Assembly (NCBI RefSeq): GCF_001194135.2
Contig: NC_068998.1
Location: 31,071,996 to 31,135,995, forward strand
Length of the DNA stretch: 64,000 nucleotides
DNA from: Octopus bimaculoides
Lineage: Eukaryota
Reading direction: 5' to 3'
The stretch's first letter is position 1, and every line of letters begins with the position of its first letter. This document shows positions 59,618-64,000 of the stretch, piece after piece. The notes beneath the pieces are model-generated. The model worked only from the letters and a program-made list of their open reading frames with translations, was not told where the DNA came from and ran no database searches. Both the position numbers and the translations under genes were made by a program.

Positions 59618-60178
59618 AGGATTTGTTGGATTTTCTCCATTTTGATGGGGATTTTCCCTGTTTTTTTTTTATCACCATAGCCTTAGAAAGGAAGACAGGA
59701 AGCTTTTTATAAAACAAAATTTTCAAAAATTTTTGATTTATTTAACCCACCCCTTCCTGCTGCCCTGAACTGATTTGGGCCAAATGTTTTGGCACCAGGC
59801 ACTTAAAAAGCAATAAGAGAAGTAAGTCTTTGTGGCAGGAGAAAAAAGTTATGAAAATATCTTGAGGGGGAAAAGGTTTGTGCTTTAAAGGAGATTTAGC
59901 TGCTGTTTCTAGTGTCTTACCAGGTCATTATGGGATGTGCTAGAAACAGCAGCTAAATTTCTCTTAAATCACTTACCTTTTTGTCTCAAAATATTTTCAT
60001 TTTTATTCCTATTATAATTGCTTTATCTCCAATTGCTTTTTAAGTGCCTAGTTCAAGAAAGATTGGCCAAAACCAGTCTACAAATTAAATCATATATTCC
60101 AAAATTTTTTTCAAGCTTCCCCTCCCCATCATGTCCAAAGCTATGGTGATAAAATAATGGGGGAAAATCCAACTTACA
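59618..60178. repeat. Nested degenerate inverted repeats with central 85-bp hairpin element (59884-59968)
   Basis: GATTTAGCTGCTGTTTCTAG / CTAGAAACAGCAGCTAAAT; outer arms GGCACTTAAAAAGCAAT / ATTGCTTTTTAAGTGCC and TTTATCACCATAGC / GCTATGGTGATAAA. Confidence 0.65.
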
Positions 60179-60504
60179 TAGCCATTTTTAATCGTCTGTT
60201 AAAATTTTATGGAAATACTGTCATGTCCCATGATTATTTACCTTCATACCTACTACAAATGTGTCAAAACTCAAGTTCCTGTAGCTTGTAGTTTTGGGTT
60301 TAGGTAGTTCTGAAAACACTTAAAAAATCAATCATATAATAAACATATAACAAAATGGGCTTTACATTAATATTTAAAATATGGCCAAAAACGGTTTTCT
60401 TTCTTAGAACCTGAAAAAAATTAGGCAGCTACTATACTACAGTCACTATTAATTTGTGTAATTTGAAGATGACTATCACCTCAGTTTCAAAGATATGACA
60501 TCAC

Positions 60505-62767
60505 AAAGCGATCAAGAGTATGAAGACAGGAAAAGCCCCCGGCCCATCAGGAATCACTGCAGAGATGCTCAAAATATCTAACTGTGTTGGCTATAGCCTA
60601 ATGACCCGTATAGTTAATCAGGTAATACACGAAGGAGTCATACCCAATGAATGGTGTAGCAGCACCATAGTCAACTGCTACAAAGGTAAAGGTGACACCC
60701 TAGACACAAACAACTACAGAGGTATCAAGTTGTTGGACCAGGTAATGAAAGTCACGGAGACGGTCATAGCCCAACAAATTAGGGAAGAATCAGTTTAGAT
60801 GAGATGCAGTTTGGGTTCATTCCAGGAAAAATCACCACTGATGCTATATTTCTGGTAAGACAGCTGCAGGAGAAACACCTAGCCAAAGATAAACTTCTGT
60901 ACCTGGCTTTTGTTGACATGGAGAAAGCCTTTGACAGGGTTCCCCCTCCCTTATCTAGTGGTCAATGAGAAAACTAGGGATAGATGAGNNNNNNNNNNNN
61001 NNNNNNNNNNNNNNNNNNNNNNNNNNNNNNNNNNNNNNNNNNNNNNNNNNNNNNNNNNNNNNNNNNNNNNNNNNNNNNNNNNNNNNNNNNNNNNNNNNNN
61101 NNNNNNNNNNNNNNNNNNNNNNNNNNNNNNNNNNNNNNNNNNNNNNNNNNNNNNNNNNNNNNNNNNNNNNNNNNNNNNNNNNNNNNNNNNNNNNNNNNNN
61201 NNNNNNNNNNNNNNNNNNNNNNNNNNNNNNNNNNNNNNNNNNNNNNNNNNNNNNNNNNNNNNNNNNNNNNNNNNNNNNNNNNNNNNNNNNNNNNNNNNNN
61301 NNNNNNNNNNNNNNNNNNNNNNNNNNNNNNNNNNNNNNNNNNNNNNNNNNNNNNNNNNNNNNNNNNNNNNNNNNNNNNNNNNNNNNNNNNNNNNNNNNNN
61401 NNNNNNNNNNNNNNNNNNNNNNNNNNNNNNNNNNNNNNNNNNNNNNNNNNNNNNNNNNNNNNNNNNNNNNNNNNNNNNNNNNNNNNNNNNNNNNNNNNNN
61501 NNNNNNNNNNNNNNNNNNNNNNNNNNNNNNNNNNNNNNNNNNNNNNNNNNNNNNNNNNNNNNNNNNNNNNNNNNNNNNNNNNNNNNNNNNNNNNNNNNNN
61601 NNNNNNNNNNNNNNNNNNNNNNNNNNNNNNNNNNNNNNNNNNNNNNNNNNNNNNNNNNNNNNNNNNNNNNNNNNNNNNNNNNNNNNNNNNNNNNNNNNNN
61701 NNNNNNNNNNNNNNNNNNNNNNNNNNNNNNNNNNNNNNNNNNNNNNNNNNNNNNNNNNNNNNNNNNNNNNNNNNNNNNNNGTGCATACCCGACAGAGTGT
61801 AAGTATCTTGAGAGAAAAGTTGAACCTAAGAAGCATTAGTTGTGGTGTGCAAGTGAGACGATTGCGCTGGTATGGTCATGTGGCGAGAATGGATGAGGAT
61901 AGGTGTGTGAAAAAGTGCCATACCCTAACGGTTAAGGGAACCCGTGGAAGAGGCAGGCCCAGGAAGACCTGGGATGAGGTGGTGAAGCATGACCTCCGAA
62001 CATTGGGCCTCACTGAGGCAATGACTTCTGACCGAGACCTTTGGAAATATGCTGTGCGTGAGAAGACCCGGCAAGCCAAGTGAGNNNNNNNNNNNNNNNN
62101 NNNNNNNNNNNNNNNNNNNNNNNNNNNNNNNNNNNNNNNNNNNNNNNNNNNNNNNNNNNNNNNNNNNNNNNNNNNNNNNNNNNNNNNNNNNNNNNNNNNN
62201 NNNNNNNNNNNAGTGAAATCGACATCGAACTAAATTTGTAGACCGGCACCCATGCCAACGTCTCTTTCATTGAACACTAAACTCGACTTGCAAAGACCTG
62301 TTGGGCAAGCGAAATCATGATGGCACCTGTACCAGTGGAGCACTAAGGGCACTGTCCGAGCGTGATCGTTGCCAGAGCAGCTGTCTGGCTTCCGTGCCGG
62401 TGTCACGTAAATAGCACCATTTGAGCGTGATCATTCCTGGCACTTGTGCCAGTGGCACGTGAAAAGACATTCGAGTGAGATCGTTGCCAGTGCCGCTGGA
62501 CTGGCTCCTGTGCAGGTGGCACATAAAATACACCATTTCGAGCGCGGCCGTTGCCAGTACCGCCTGACTGGCCTTCGTGCGGGTGACACGTAAAAGCACC
62601 CACTACACTCTTGGAGTGGTTGGTGTTAGGAAGGGCATCCAGCTGTAGAAACTCTGCCAAATCAGATTGGCGCCTGGTGTAGCCATCCAGTTCACCAGTC
62701 CTCAGTCAAATCGTCCAACCCATGCTAGCATGGTTAGCGGATGTTAAACGATGATGATGATGATGAT
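60505..62767 (+). mobile_element. 5'-truncated RTE LINE (gapped)
   Basis: MKTGKAPGPSG, NYRGIKLL, AFVDMEKAFD, LRWYGH; 3' UTR and (GAT)n tail. Confidence 0.9.
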
Positions 62768-64000
62768 TCATTTACGCAAGTTAGGTACAATTTCAACCAT
62801 TTCACAGACCATTCAAATTGTCATATTTCCTAAAATATTCATCCAAATTTCACAAATGAGGTATTAAAATGTTTGTTTTTGGATAATCTCCAAGAAAAAG
62901 TATAGTAGAAATTATATTTAACTATTTTCTAAAATTCATTGTGATACTTATTACTGTTTTCTACTCTTCACCCTTTTCTCTATCTTCCCTATTAACTCAT
63001 ATGTATCATCAATTACCCCTCCACCCCTACCCACCATTCACTACTTGTACTCCTCAATTCTACTCAACCTTCATAGTCATCATCTAATCTTTTGTACCTT
63101 CCCTTCAATATATATTTATCACTGACTATTACTTAACATTTGTTCTTCATTCATTATATTCATCTTCTACTTTTCCATATGTCCTTGTAACCTCTACCCA
63201 CCCACTCTCATGTTCTTCTGTTCGCCTACCTTAAGATTCCACCCTGACATATTATCACCCTATTTTGTCTCTTTTTTCCAGCTCTACCCTGTTTACTCCT
63301 ACCCATTTCTATAATGTGAGTAGACACAGAGCTCCTCTACAACTAGAAATCTGGTCTGTTCTCTTCTTCTCTACTCTAATCTCTTGTCTCCTAGTATAAA
63401 GTAGCCCGTCTGCTTCTCTACTGTAGCCTTACTTAGTCAAAGGGTATTTTAGACTTGTGGGCTTCATGATGATCTCACTAGTACTGGTGTCAAGAAAATA
63501 ATGCTCACATGTACTCTGTAAAGTGATTGGCGTGAAAAGAGCATCCCTCAATAGAAACCATGCCAAAGCAAACATAGGAGCACAAACCATTCTAAGAAGG
63601 AAGATAATCTAAAGTTCAGCTTGTGTGGGAGAAAAATTTCCTTCATCACATCAGTATATAACTGATACTTACTTTGCCAATTCCAGATGAGATGTAAGAT
63701 ATTTCTGACTTGGTTACATTGTTTTACTGTTTTTATTATGTTGATTGTCATTCTAAAATTTGATGTTGCGTCTATGAATGGTGGAGATGTTCTATACACG
63801 CAAGTGCTGTGTTTAATTTTGGTTCTGAGTTTGAAACCTACTGGGTATCAAAAATTGTCTTTTTATCACTTAAGATAGGAGTGTGGTTAAAATTTTTTAC
63901 AATCCCTTTCCGTAAGTTCATGACCTTGTACACTTGTTAGAAAACATCATCATTATTATCTTTTTCATCATCATCACCCCTATCATATAATTTCATCATT

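Noticed and set aside
60955-62083. Long ORFs of 270-372 aa (also at 10246-10965, 42836-43410, 44108-45011)
   Set aside because: They are mostly X from N gaps; the length is an artefact.

Overview
Eukaryotic, AT-rich, repeat-dense draft-assembly window with many N gaps. The repeat content looks cephalopod/octopus-like, but that is inference and the species cannot be confirmed here. One host gene is supported: five internal, phase-0, GT-AG exons of coatomer subunit beta (COPB1) on the + strand (7165-7257, 8127-8264, 18017-18136, 18776-18883, 54447-54590), including a 35.6-kb intron. The gene start and end lie outside the window. Introns are packed with decayed transposons: a Tigger/pogo element, a piggyBac family (near-full copy, deletion derivative, fragments, MITE), RTE and CR1-like LINEs, mariner/Tc1 and hAT remnants, tRNA-derived SINEs, and several Penelope-like (PLE) elements. 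The most interesting signal is a set of about 12 type-I hammerhead ribozyme motifs with self-complementary helix III (dimer-type), read by eye from the sequence. Several are fully canonical (36421-36482 -, 40414-40485 +, 49573-49628 +). Two have non-canonical catalytic cores (6714-6751, 56886-56933). One sits in a short element behind a tRNA-like Pol III head (22565-22922). Many occur as inverted pairs. No activity can be shown from sequence alone.
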